Sequence record: MK250017.1
Direction: 5' to 3' (one strand)
DNA length: 64,000 bases
In this document: positions 1-8,188 of the stretch, one piece after another
Numbering within the stretch: position 1 is the first letter of the stretch
Layout: each line of letters opens with the position of its first letter
Made by a program: the position numbers and the translations under genes
Notes under the pieces: model-generated
Databases searched by the model: none
What the model saw: only the letters and a program-made list of their open reading frames with translations
What the model was told of the DNA's origin: nothing

Positions 1-25
1 TCATTTTTTTGATATAATAATATAT

Positions 26-81
26 GAGAGTCATAACAGCAAATTTAGTTCTATTGTTTATTGGGATAACATAAGACTCTT
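26..81 (+). ncRNA. mini tRNA-like RNA 1 (closing stem + ACAGCAAATT + Pro-UGG-like anticodon arm)
   Basis: GAGAGTC(26-32) pairs with GACTCTT(75-81). ACAGCAAATT at 36-45. Arm TGTTT/ATTGGGA/TAACA at 55-71. TATAAT at 13-18 upstream. Confidence 0.55.
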
Positions 82-98
82 GAATCAATTATATTAGG

Positions 99-158
99 GG
101 AGATATTACAGCAAATTATTATTTAGGATCATACTTTTAATATGAAATTCTTGTCTCC
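99..158 (+). ncRNA. mini tRNA-like RNA 2 (closing stem + ACAGCAAATT + Lys-UUU anticodon arm)
   Basis: GGAGATA(99-105) pairs with TGTCTCC(152-158). ACAGCAAATT at 108-117. Perfect arm TCATA/CTTTTAA/TATGA at 129-145. Confidence 0.6.
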
Positions 159-167
159 TGTTTATTT

Positions 168-247
168 GGGTAAATGCCTGAGTGGTCGAAGGGAATGGTC
201 TGCAAAACCATTATTATACGTCGTGTGTTCGAATCACACTTTACCCT
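168..247 (+). tRNA. tRNA-Cys(GCA), 11-nt variable region, CCA not encoded
   Basis: Acceptor GGGTAAA/TTTACCC, anticodon arm ATGGT-CTGCAAA-ACCAT (GCA at 202-204), T arm GTGTG-TTCGAAT-CACAC, U73 discriminator. Confidence 0.9.
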
Positions 248-576
248 CTAATATAAAATATTTCCGTGGTATACAGCACGTAAAAAGAGGTTGACTTGTA
301 TATTCTATAGACCTACTGTATAATAATATATATGATGTACATGTGAAACACCATGTTCTATTAAGAGTTTAATAAAACTGTGGTTGTTATTAAATTGCAC
401 TGATATTAGATGCATAATATATGATGAATATAATGACGGTACTGTGAAATGACTATTATTTTTAGTTGCTTGGAAACGGCGTACGAAGTTTTTATAATAG
501 TGGAAGTAATGATAAAACAGTTAAATGTAAATCTTTCTGAGACAATGGGGACAACTTGTAGTAAGAGAGTATTTTT

Positions 577-680
577 GTTGATATAGTTTAATGGGAAAAC
601 ACCCAAATCCCAGGGATAAGAGATAATACTTTGAAATAGGTATTAGAAGATTTTAGATGGTTCGATTCCATTTATCAACT
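577..680 (+). ncRNA. tRNA-like RNA with expanded central domain
   Basis: Acceptor GTTGATA/TATCAAC, D arm GTTT-AATGGGA-AAAC, T arm GATGG-TTCGATT-CCATT. 54 nt lie between D and T arms and there is no canonical anticodon arm. Confidence 0.6.
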
Positions 681-689
681 CAAATTAAT

Positions 690-811
690 GAAGTGTGTAG
701 TTTAATTGGTAAAATATCCTTTGAATAGGACTGTGCGCAGATAGAACATAATGTTAGTCATATTAATCGCATTATTGATAATGATGTTGGTTCGATTCCA
801 ACGACACTTCC
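690..811 (+). ncRNA. tRNA-like RNA with expanded multi-hairpin central domain
   Basis: GAAGTGT(690-696) pairs with ACACTTC(804-810). D arm GTTT-AATTGGTA-AAAT, T arm GTTGG-TTCGATT-CCAAC. About 69 nt central insert. Confidence 0.6.
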
Positions 812-1096
812 TAATAAATAAAAAGATCTCGGTAATTAGATAAAACATTATATGAGTGAAGCAACTCACCATAACTGCAGATAAATGAGTGAGGGACATA
901 AGAGTGTATGAAGAAAGATGGACTATGGACACCACCATATAATTGCGTTTTCAATAATAGTAAAGTAAACTTTAGTATAAGTTCCATTAACGCTAAAATA
1001 GAAACATTGTTATTGAAGTCTACTATGCGTGCGATGGTTGAATGAAACCATTGTAGTTCTAAGGCATTGTAAAACGTTTTATTTATTAATTTTTAT

Positions 1097-1170
1097 GGCG
1101 AGATAGCTTAGTTGGTCAGAGCGCAGGATTCATATCCCTGAGGTCGTGTGTTCAAATCACACTTTCGCTA
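1097..1170 (+). tRNA. tRNA with CAT anticodon (elongator Met most likely; Ile2 not excluded)
   Basis: Acceptor GGCGAGA/TTTCGCT, D arm GCTT-AGTTGGTCA-GAGC, anticodon loop TTCATAT (CAT at 1131-1133), T arm GTGTG-TTCAAAT-CACAC, A73. Confidence 0.88.
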
Positions 1171-1198
1171 CTATTATTTTTTGATTGTTTATTTTTAT

Positions 1199-1233
1199 AA
1201 GAGGTATATCATTTTTTGGTATATCTCTTTTTT
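1199..1233 (+). terminator. intrinsic terminator after RNA cluster
   Basis: AAGAGGTATATC/GGTATATCTCTT hairpin followed by a T run. Confidence 0.75.
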
Positions 1234-1250
1234 ATTTAGGAAATAATGTG

Positions 1251-1258
1251 TATCTTTG
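1251..1258 (+). promoter_or_regulatory. Bacteroidota-type -7 promoter element (early)
   Basis: TATCTTTG matches TAnnTTTG, within a context TTTAGGAAATAATGTGTATCTTTGAATTGT shared with four other sites. Confidence 0.7.
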
Positions 1259-1285
1259 AATTGTTATTAATAAAATAGTAATAAA

Positions 1286-1765
1286 ATGAAGAAATATAAA
1301 GTATATCAACTTCGTAGAGAAAACGAAAATATAATTGATGATTATCATGAATCATATGATGCAAAAATGAAAGTTATTGCATCATATGAGATTTCATCTG
1401 ATAGAAATGATCCTGTTATTATATCAGAAGATATATGGCAAATGTGTAATGTTCATTGTTGGGATCATACATGGTCTGATGGACAAGTTGTTAAACGAGA
1501 TGATATTACATTAACACCTACATCTGATTTTGATGGATTTGTTAATAGTGATATTGTAGTTGAAACTGTAAATGGATTATATCTAGCAGAATCATGTGGA
1601 TTTATGAAGGTGGATTCATTGAATTATGCTATGCATAGAATTACTGTAAGATTTCCATTTATCTCTTATTATGATATAAGAAATAAAGAGGATTTTAATG
1701 AAGATTTACTTCGTGATATTCGTAATGAAATTCAGAAAGAATATCAGAAGAGAATTGAAGAGTAA
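1286..1765 (+). CDS. YodL-like domain protein
   Basis: N-terminal KVYQL and C-terminal SDIVV...LYLAESCGF resemble the YodL pattern. TAG-free, TAA stop. Confidence 0.5.
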   Translation: MKKYKVYQLRRENENIIDDYHESYDAKMKVIASYEISSDRNDPVIISEDIWQMCNVHCWDHTWSDGQVVKRDDITLTPTSDFDGFVNSDIVVETVNGLYLAESCGFMKVDSLNYAMHRITVRFPFISYYDIRNKEDFNEDLLRDIRNEIQKEYQKRIEE

Positions 1766-1803
1766 TAATAAACAAATATAAACAATTAAAAAGTAATATA
1801 ATT

Positions 1804-2508
1804 ATGGAAAAGTTTAGATCATTTATTAAAAAGCATTTGGTTATTAGTATTATCATTAGTGTAATTATTTACCCATTATTAATTATTTGGCCTATTGTCT
1901 ATTTTGATAAAATAGTAAAACATAAAAAACTATTATATTTGGGAATATTATTATTTTTTATTTTTATTATATCTGGTATTAAAAGTGTAAAAAATAATAC
2001 ATCTACTGAGTATGATTATGATGCATGTGAACATTATGCAAATATTCTCATTAATAATACAAAAAATGATAATGGTTCCTTTAGCAATATTGATGAAACT
2101 AAATATGAATTATATAGAGATTCTTTACAAGTATCATTTAATAAGTTAAGTGATAATGATAAGGTTGTGATGTTTGATAATTATTTAGAGACAAGTGATA
2201 CGGCTAAATATGCTTTTTGTAGTAATGTAAATATTGGAGAAATTCCATTAAATAAAAATCCATATGATTATGATTCATGGCTGAATGCATGTAGAGAATA
2301 TATTTACAATATATTATCTGCACATCATTTTGATACAGATGAAGCAGATATTACACTTACTGCTCCAGTAAGATTGAGAGTATGGGAACCAAATTATGTA
2401 ATTAGAGGTACAGTAAAATATAAGAACTTATTTAATGCTACAGTAACAAATGAAGTTGCATTTTTATTTAATAGACATGGAGATATGTTAAAGAAAGAAA
2501 TATATTAA
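1804..2508 (+). CDS. membrane-anchored hypothetical protein
   Basis: Two N-terminal hydrophobic segments followed by a soluble domain; 234 aa, TAA stop. Confidence 0.75.
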   Translation: MEKFRSFIKKHLVISIIISVIIYPLLIIWPIVYFDKIVKHKKLLYLGILLFFIFIISGIKSVKNNTSTEYDYDACEHYANILINNTKNDNGSFSNIDETKYELYRDSLQVSFNKLSDNDKVVMFDNYLETSDTAKYAFCSNVNIGEIPLNKNPYDYDSWLNACREYIYNILSAHHFDTDEADITLTAPVRLRVWEPNYVIRGTVKYKNLFNATVTNEVAFLFNRHGDMLKKEIY

Positions 2509-2557
2509 TTTTTTGAAGTTTTTTCCTAGAATATTTTTTTATTTGGAATAAAACATG

Positions 2558-2565
2558 TATCTTTG
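2558..2565 (+). promoter_or_regulatory. Bacteroidota-type -7 promoter element (early)
   Basis: TATCTTTG 46 nt upstream of ATG 2612. Confidence 0.7.
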
Positions 2566-2611
2566 TAATGTAAATAATAAACAAATAATAAACAATTAAA
2601 AAATAAAGATT

Positions 2612-3058
2612 ATGAATACAACAGTTAAGATTTCTCCAGCACAGGTTTTCCCAGTAGCAAATAAGATTCGTGCAGCAAAGCACATCTCTATGAAGGAAGC
2701 ATACGCAGAAGCAAAGGCGCAGCTTATTGCAGAAGCAGAGAATGCAGTGAAGGCTGCAGAGACAGTAGTAGAAACACCTACTAATGTAGTTGAGACACCA
2801 GCTAATATGAAGTTGCATACAGAGTTGGTAGAGAAGATGAAGAACGGAAACGTTAAGTTTGTATTCTTCAATAACAAGGGTAAGAAGATTACAACTACCG
2901 GTACTCTTGATATGTCAAAGGTTCCTACAAACCGTGATGTTCAGGGTCGTAAGACTGCAAAGGATGAGAATACTCAGGTATTCTATGATGTTCGACATGG
3001 TGTATACCGCTCTTATCAGAAGGATAAGTTGGTAGAGATTATTTCAAAGAAGAAGTAA
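2612..3058 (+). CDS. WYL_2/DUF2693-like SH3 beta-barrel protein
   Basis: C-terminal VKFVFFNNKGKKITTTGTL...VFYDVRHGVYRSY pattern. Codon usage (AAG, GAG) differs from neighbouring genes. Confidence 0.7.
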   Translation: MNTTVKISPAQVFPVANKIRAAKHISMKEAYAEAKAQLIAEAENAVKAAETVVETPTNVVETPANMKLHTELVEKMKNGNVKFVFFNNKGKKITTTGTLDMSKVPTNRDVQGRKTAKDENTQVFYDVRHGVYRSYQKDKLVEIISKKK

Positions 3059-3079
3059 AATGTCTTATATATGTTAAAG

Positions 3080-3121
3080 AATAATGGTGAGTTTCTTGTA
3101 AGTAGACAATTCACCATTATT
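3080..3121 (+). terminator. hairpin, probable terminator
   Basis: AATAATGGTGAGTT/AATTCACCATTATT, weak U tail. Confidence 0.55.
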
Positions 3122-3463
3122 CTTATATAATATATAAATCAATTCGAATAAATATAGAAGTGATTTTATTTAATATGTGAATTGATAATTTGTGAAACAT
3201 GTGTCTGACGGAAAGCACATGTATTTTTCGTGCAATGTTCAATTTTAATTAATTTTAATTTTGATAGGTTAAAGGAGTAAACCTATAAGCGCGGAATAAT
3301 AAAGTCGTATTGAAAATCAAATTTTGATTCCATAAAAGTTGGAATATGGTTTTTGAAGGCTAAGATGAAGTTATAAAGAATTTAACATATTATATATGTG
3401 ATATATGTATATGTTATTTCTTTTTCATCGAATAATAAAAAATAACATAGAAACAATTAATTT

Positions 3464-4063
3464 ATGAAGAAAAAAGTGATATTAAAGAAAATTTTATTAT
3501 TTACGCTATTGTTTTTATTACCTTTCATATCAATAAATGCTGCAACTATTGATAGTAATAATAATGCGTATGAAGAAGTAAATGCAAAGACAACAGTAGT
3601 TAAACATACAAAGTCTAGTATTGAAAATTCGTTAGTTGATGAGGCTAGAACATATATCAAGTCGTTATATCCTGGCTGTCCAGATATAATTCCTAGTTAT
3701 ATTGTAAAAGCAGGTTTAGCAAATAATATTGATATTTGTTTTATGCTTGCTCAAACACAGTTAGAAACTACCTTTGGCAAGGCAGGTGTAGGAAGAACGT
3801 GTTCAAGACGTTCATTATTTGGTATCGAGAAAAGATACTATAAAACATATAAAGAAGCAATTAATGCGTATGTAGACGTATTGACTTCAAATTATTTAGT
3901 AAAGGGCCGTACAGAACAACATTTGTTAAATAATTATGTTAATAAAAACGGTCATCGTTATGCTGGTAATCCTAAGTATGAATATTATCTTAAGAAACAT
4001 TATAATACAATTGCATCTACAACAAAAATAAAGCAATTGCAACGCCAGTACAAGAGATTATAA
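3464..4063 (+). CDS. GH73 glucosaminidase-family peptidoglycan hydrolase with signal peptide
   Basis: Basic plus hydrophobic N-terminus; AQTQLETTFG (catalytic Glu motif) and RYAGNPKY (YATD-like). Confidence 0.8.
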   Translation: MKKKVILKKILLFTLLFLLPFISINAATIDSNNNAYEEVNAKTTVVKHTKSSIENSLVDEARTYIKSLYPGCPDIIPSYIVKAGLANNIDICFMLAQTQLETTFGKAGVGRTCSRRSLFGIEKRYYKTYKEAINAYVDVLTSNYLVKGRTEQHLLNNYVNKNGHRYAGNPKYEYYLKKHYNTIASTTKIKQLQRQYKRL

Positions 4064-4126
4064 TTTTGAGTAATCTCAAATCTTCTCGCAAATCAATTTA
4101 TATACATATTAAATATTAGTTATATT

Positions 4127-4165
4127 AAGGGGATCCATGTTACGTTTACATGGATCCCCTTTTTT
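4127..4165 (+). terminator. intrinsic terminator
   Basis: 14-bp perfect stem AAGGGGATCCATGT/ACATGGATCCCCTT followed by T run. Confidence 0.9.
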
Positions 4166-4166
4166 G

Positions 4167-4173
4167 ATAAATA
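4167..4173 (+). promoter_or_regulatory. T4-like late promoter core ATAAATA
   Basis: The same heptamer lies 24-30 nt before the ATG of nine TAG-containing genes. Confidence 0.65.
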
Positions 4174-4197
4174 TAATAAAGAATTTTTATTAAACAT

Positions 4198-5574
4198 ATG
4201 GCTTTATATTTAAACAATGCACAATATGGCTCAAGTAATCAATCTTCTCAAGATACACTAATACATAGTTATAATAAATCTTTTTTTTCAGATTATAATC
4301 ATGCAAAGACGGTGTTATTATAGAAAGTTATGAAACCAGGTGAAGTAACATTTGCTTATTATTATGATTCAGAAGTACCTTATGGATAGAATGTTATTTT
4401 TGCAGTTGGACCATTATCTGATGCAGGCTGTAATACTATATTTAAAAATGCTGATGATATTGACAGTGTAAAAGACGTATTAGATGAAACTATTGCAGAT
4501 ATAAATGCAAGTGTATCTAATATGGAAACTAAAGTTGATGGAATCATTGAAGAATGCAAAACACCTTTATTAACAAAAATAGAAAAAAACATCAATGATA
4601 TAGTTGATATAAAAAGAGATATATCTACAATTAAATCTGATATAGTTAATACTAATGATACATTAACAAGTAAGATTAATCAAGTAAATAATCAATTAAC
4701 TGCATAGATGTCTCAAGATAAAACAAACCTTATTAATAAGATTAATGATACGTCAAATGATATAGTTAAATATATTGATAATACATCTAATGCTATTATT
4801 AATTATATTAATAGATCAGTTTCTCTTGCAGTAGGAAATGTAACTACTGATTATACATAGAAAAATGATGATACATCAATGACATTGGGTAATGCAATTT
4901 CTACATTAAAATTAAATTTAGAATAGTCTATTTCTGATTTATCTGGTAAACATGATGGAGATATTACCGGTTTATAGAGAATAATTGATGAAGCAAAAGG
5001 TAAAGTAACAGAAAATACAACGACATTATCACAGTATATACAATAGAATAATAGTTTTGTAAGAAAGTTAAATACAAGTATTAATAATGTAAATAATGCA
5101 TTAGATGAACGTATTACTAATCTCAGATAGGATTTTGAAACATTGGAAATACCTAAAAAAATTCATGACTTATCAACAAGGATTGCTACTGTAACAACTC
5201 AATCAAATGTAGATCATGAAAAACTTAAGGCTATTGATAATTTAGAAAGTAGATTATCCAAATGTGAAGGTCGATATGAAAAACATTTCGAGATGGATAT
5301 GGTTCAGTTAAATGGAAATATAAAAGATATAAATACATCTATTTCAAATATTATTAAAAGTATTGACAATATTAAGATAAAAACTGGTACCAGTGAAGGA
5401 ACTGTATAGGATAAGTTTGATAATATAAGTAGTCAACTTTTTAATATAAGTGAACGTTTATCAAAGATAGATTCATCTATTAATGCACTTGAAACAAAAT
5501 TTGCTGGAAATGAAACATATCATAATGAATTGTTAAATGAATTATCTTCATATAAAAATTCATTAGATTATTAA
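4198..5574 (+). CDS. fibre paralogue A (code 15, 458 aa): shared N-domain + coiled coil
   Basis: Frame 1 is open from ATG 4198 to TAA 5572 with 9 TAG and no TAA/TGA. It joins track ORFs 4522 and 5143. Contains KPGEVTFAYYYD. Confidence 0.85.
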
Positions 5575-5598
5575 TAAAAATTAAAAATATATTATATT

Positions 5599-8154
5599 AT
5601 GGAATATAAAAGTCCGTTATTAAATTAGATAATTTCTATATTAGACAAACGTTCTGAAGCTGGTGAAAAAAGAATTAAGAAGACAGAAGATTATGTTAAG
5701 AGTTATGATACATCTATTACTCGTCATATAAACAAATAGGTTGAAGAACTTAATACATCTATAAAAACAGCAACAGATAAAGTAATAGGAGATTTAAATA
5801 CAAGTATTAATAATACTGTTGATACCATATCACATGATATTTTGAGTGTTTCAACAAACCTTAAAACCGCCATTGAATAGATTTACTATAATATTAATAC
5901 ATCTATTAATGGCGGTAAAACTGATACATCTATATATCTTATTGGTTTAAAAAATGAATTAGAAAGAAAGATAAATGATGTTGACTAGAAGTATAAAATT
6001 GCTGATAGTTAGTTATCAAGTACGTTAAGTTAGAATATAAAAGATGTATCAACTAAATTAACACAGAAAGTTAATATAATTGATACAAAATATGATACAA
6101 GTATTTCTAACTTATCATAGAAGCATGATAGTTCATTTATATAGGTTACTAATTTAATTTCTAGTTAGGGAACTTCAATTGGTAATAAAATTACAAGAGA
6201 TATTAGTACAGCTAAATAGGAATTAAATTCTAATATATCTACCATATAGAGTAATTTAAATGGTAAAATTGATAATACAAATACTTCTATTAATTTATAG
6301 TTTGATAGAGTTGCTAGAAAATTAGAACATTAGAATACTTCAATAGATGATATATCAATACGCTTAAATACGACGTCAAGAGCAATAGTAAAAGCATTAA
6401 ATACATCAGCTAATGATTTATATAATATTACAGATGATATATCTACAAAATTAAAAAGTACAATAGAAGGTGTAAAAATAGATATAACAGGAAAATATGA
6501 TGCAGAGATTAGAAAGTTAAATACATCTATTAGAAATTTAGATCTTGATACTACTAACTCATTAAGTACATTAAATACATCTGTAACAACATTAGAAACA
6601 AATTAGAAAAAATTAAATACATCATTAGCTAGTTTACGAGAATCATTTGATAAATTAGTTGATACTGAAGATGTTAATGGTGTTATAGATACATTCAGAG
6701 AAGTTGAAGATTTTTTATCTAATATATCAGATGAAAAAACATTAACTGGTATGTTATCTGAGTTAAAAACTGGAATAGATTCACACATTGATGCAAGTAT
6801 TAAAGATATATCAAATGCAATTGATAATGTTAAAGAAGAAATAGGAACAAATATTAATAATAGAGTTAATGCGTTAGAAACAACAATTAATACAACTGTA
6901 AATACAAAACTTACAGAAATTAATTCATCTATTAATGATATTAGTACACGTTTAAAATAGTCAATAACCGATCAATAGACATATGTATCTACAGAAATTG
7001 GTAAAATAAATTCATCAATAAAAGATTTAAATACAACAATTAAATAGAATGTTGATACATCTTTAAAAGCAATTCAATCTAAATTAGATTCATCATTAAA
7101 AACAGTTTCAGATTCATTAACTTCAACAACAAGTAGAGTTGCAAAATTAGAATTAAATAACGTAACTGCTGCAAAGGTAACAACAGGTACAAATACAAAA
7201 TTATGGAATGATACAACTGACAGTATAAATGAAGATTCATATGTTATTAACAAATAGGTATTAACAACTAAAGAAAATAATATTGAAAAAACATATGAAT
7301 AGAAATTAGTAAACAGTAATATTATAAAAGAAATTAATAAATCTGAAAAAGCAGTTGCATCTAATTTATTAACTGTTAATAATAATATTGCTTCTATTAA
7401 TACAAAATTAAGTAATATTAATTCAAGTATTGGTAATATATTAAATTCTTCATATATAAACAAGAAGAATAAGTATACAACAAACGGATTTAGTACAATA
7501 GGTGGTTGTTTAGATTTTATTATTAATGATATGTATTATACTGCACCTGCAGCTGTAAATGTAACATATACAGTAACACCTACATCATTTATTAGAGGTA
7601 AGAATACAAGTGTTACATTTAAATATACAGTTAATAATTATCCTAATAATATATAGAGTATTACATATAATGGTGCTACAAAAACAGAAAGAACATTTAC
7701 AGAAACAATTACAGTAAGTAATTCGGTATCAAGAGCATTATCTGTAGTTTCTAACTATGTTGACAGTAAGGATGCTAGACCAACATCATTTAATAAAACA
7801 TTAACAGTATATGCTAATTTAGAATTATATGTTTGGACATCAACATCAACATCATTTAATAAAGCATATACATCTGCTAATATGCCAGTTGGATATACTA
7901 CATATACATATAATTCTGGTAATTATAGTATAAATGTAAATAATGGTACTGCAGCAAAATATATATTCTTTGTTTCAGATAAGAATTTAGTTGAATCAAA
8001 ATTCTTTGTATATGAACATGGTGGTGCACCAACATTAGGTGGTGGTATTACAAATTTAGGAACAATAACAATATAGAAGTATGATGTTGCATAGACATAT
8101 TACTTATATAGATCTAATAATGTCCTTAATGGTAATTGGGACATTAAATTTTAA
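5599..8154 (+). CDS. fibre-like protein B (code 15, 851 aa): coiled coil + Thr-rich beta (Ig-like) C-terminus
   Basis: Frame 1 is open except for TAG. IDTFREVEDFL at 6685. Joins track ORFs 6751 and 7882. Confidence 0.85.
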
Positions 8155-8156
8155 CA

Positions 8157-8163
8157 ATAAATA
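8157..8163 (+). promoter_or_regulatory. late promoter core ATAAATA
   Basis: About 25 nt before ATG 8189. Confidence 0.6.
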
Positions 8164-8188
8164 ATAAAACTAATTAGTATAATTTTAT

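Noticed and set aside
530-575. Group I intron core (TTCTGAGACAA resembling the R element)
   Set aside because: No convincing P7/S pairing and no exon context.
690-811. tRNA-His call (G-1/C73-like ends, CTGTGCG)
   Set aside because: The GTG loop has no flanking stem and has a pyrimidine at position 37.
406-938. Track ORFs 406-606(-) and 702-938(-)
   Set aside because: They are antisense to tRNA-like elements and have atypical composition; most likely chance ORFs.
820-1090. tmRNA (CCACCA at about 933-938 and a short reading frame)
   Set aside because: There is no T arm before CCACCA, no G3-U70 acceptor stem and no Ala-rich tag ending.
1-1170. Amber suppressor tRNA(CUA)
   Set aside because: No TTCTAAA/CTCTAAA-type loop in a paired anticodon arm was found; TTCTAAG at about 1057 lacks a proper stem.
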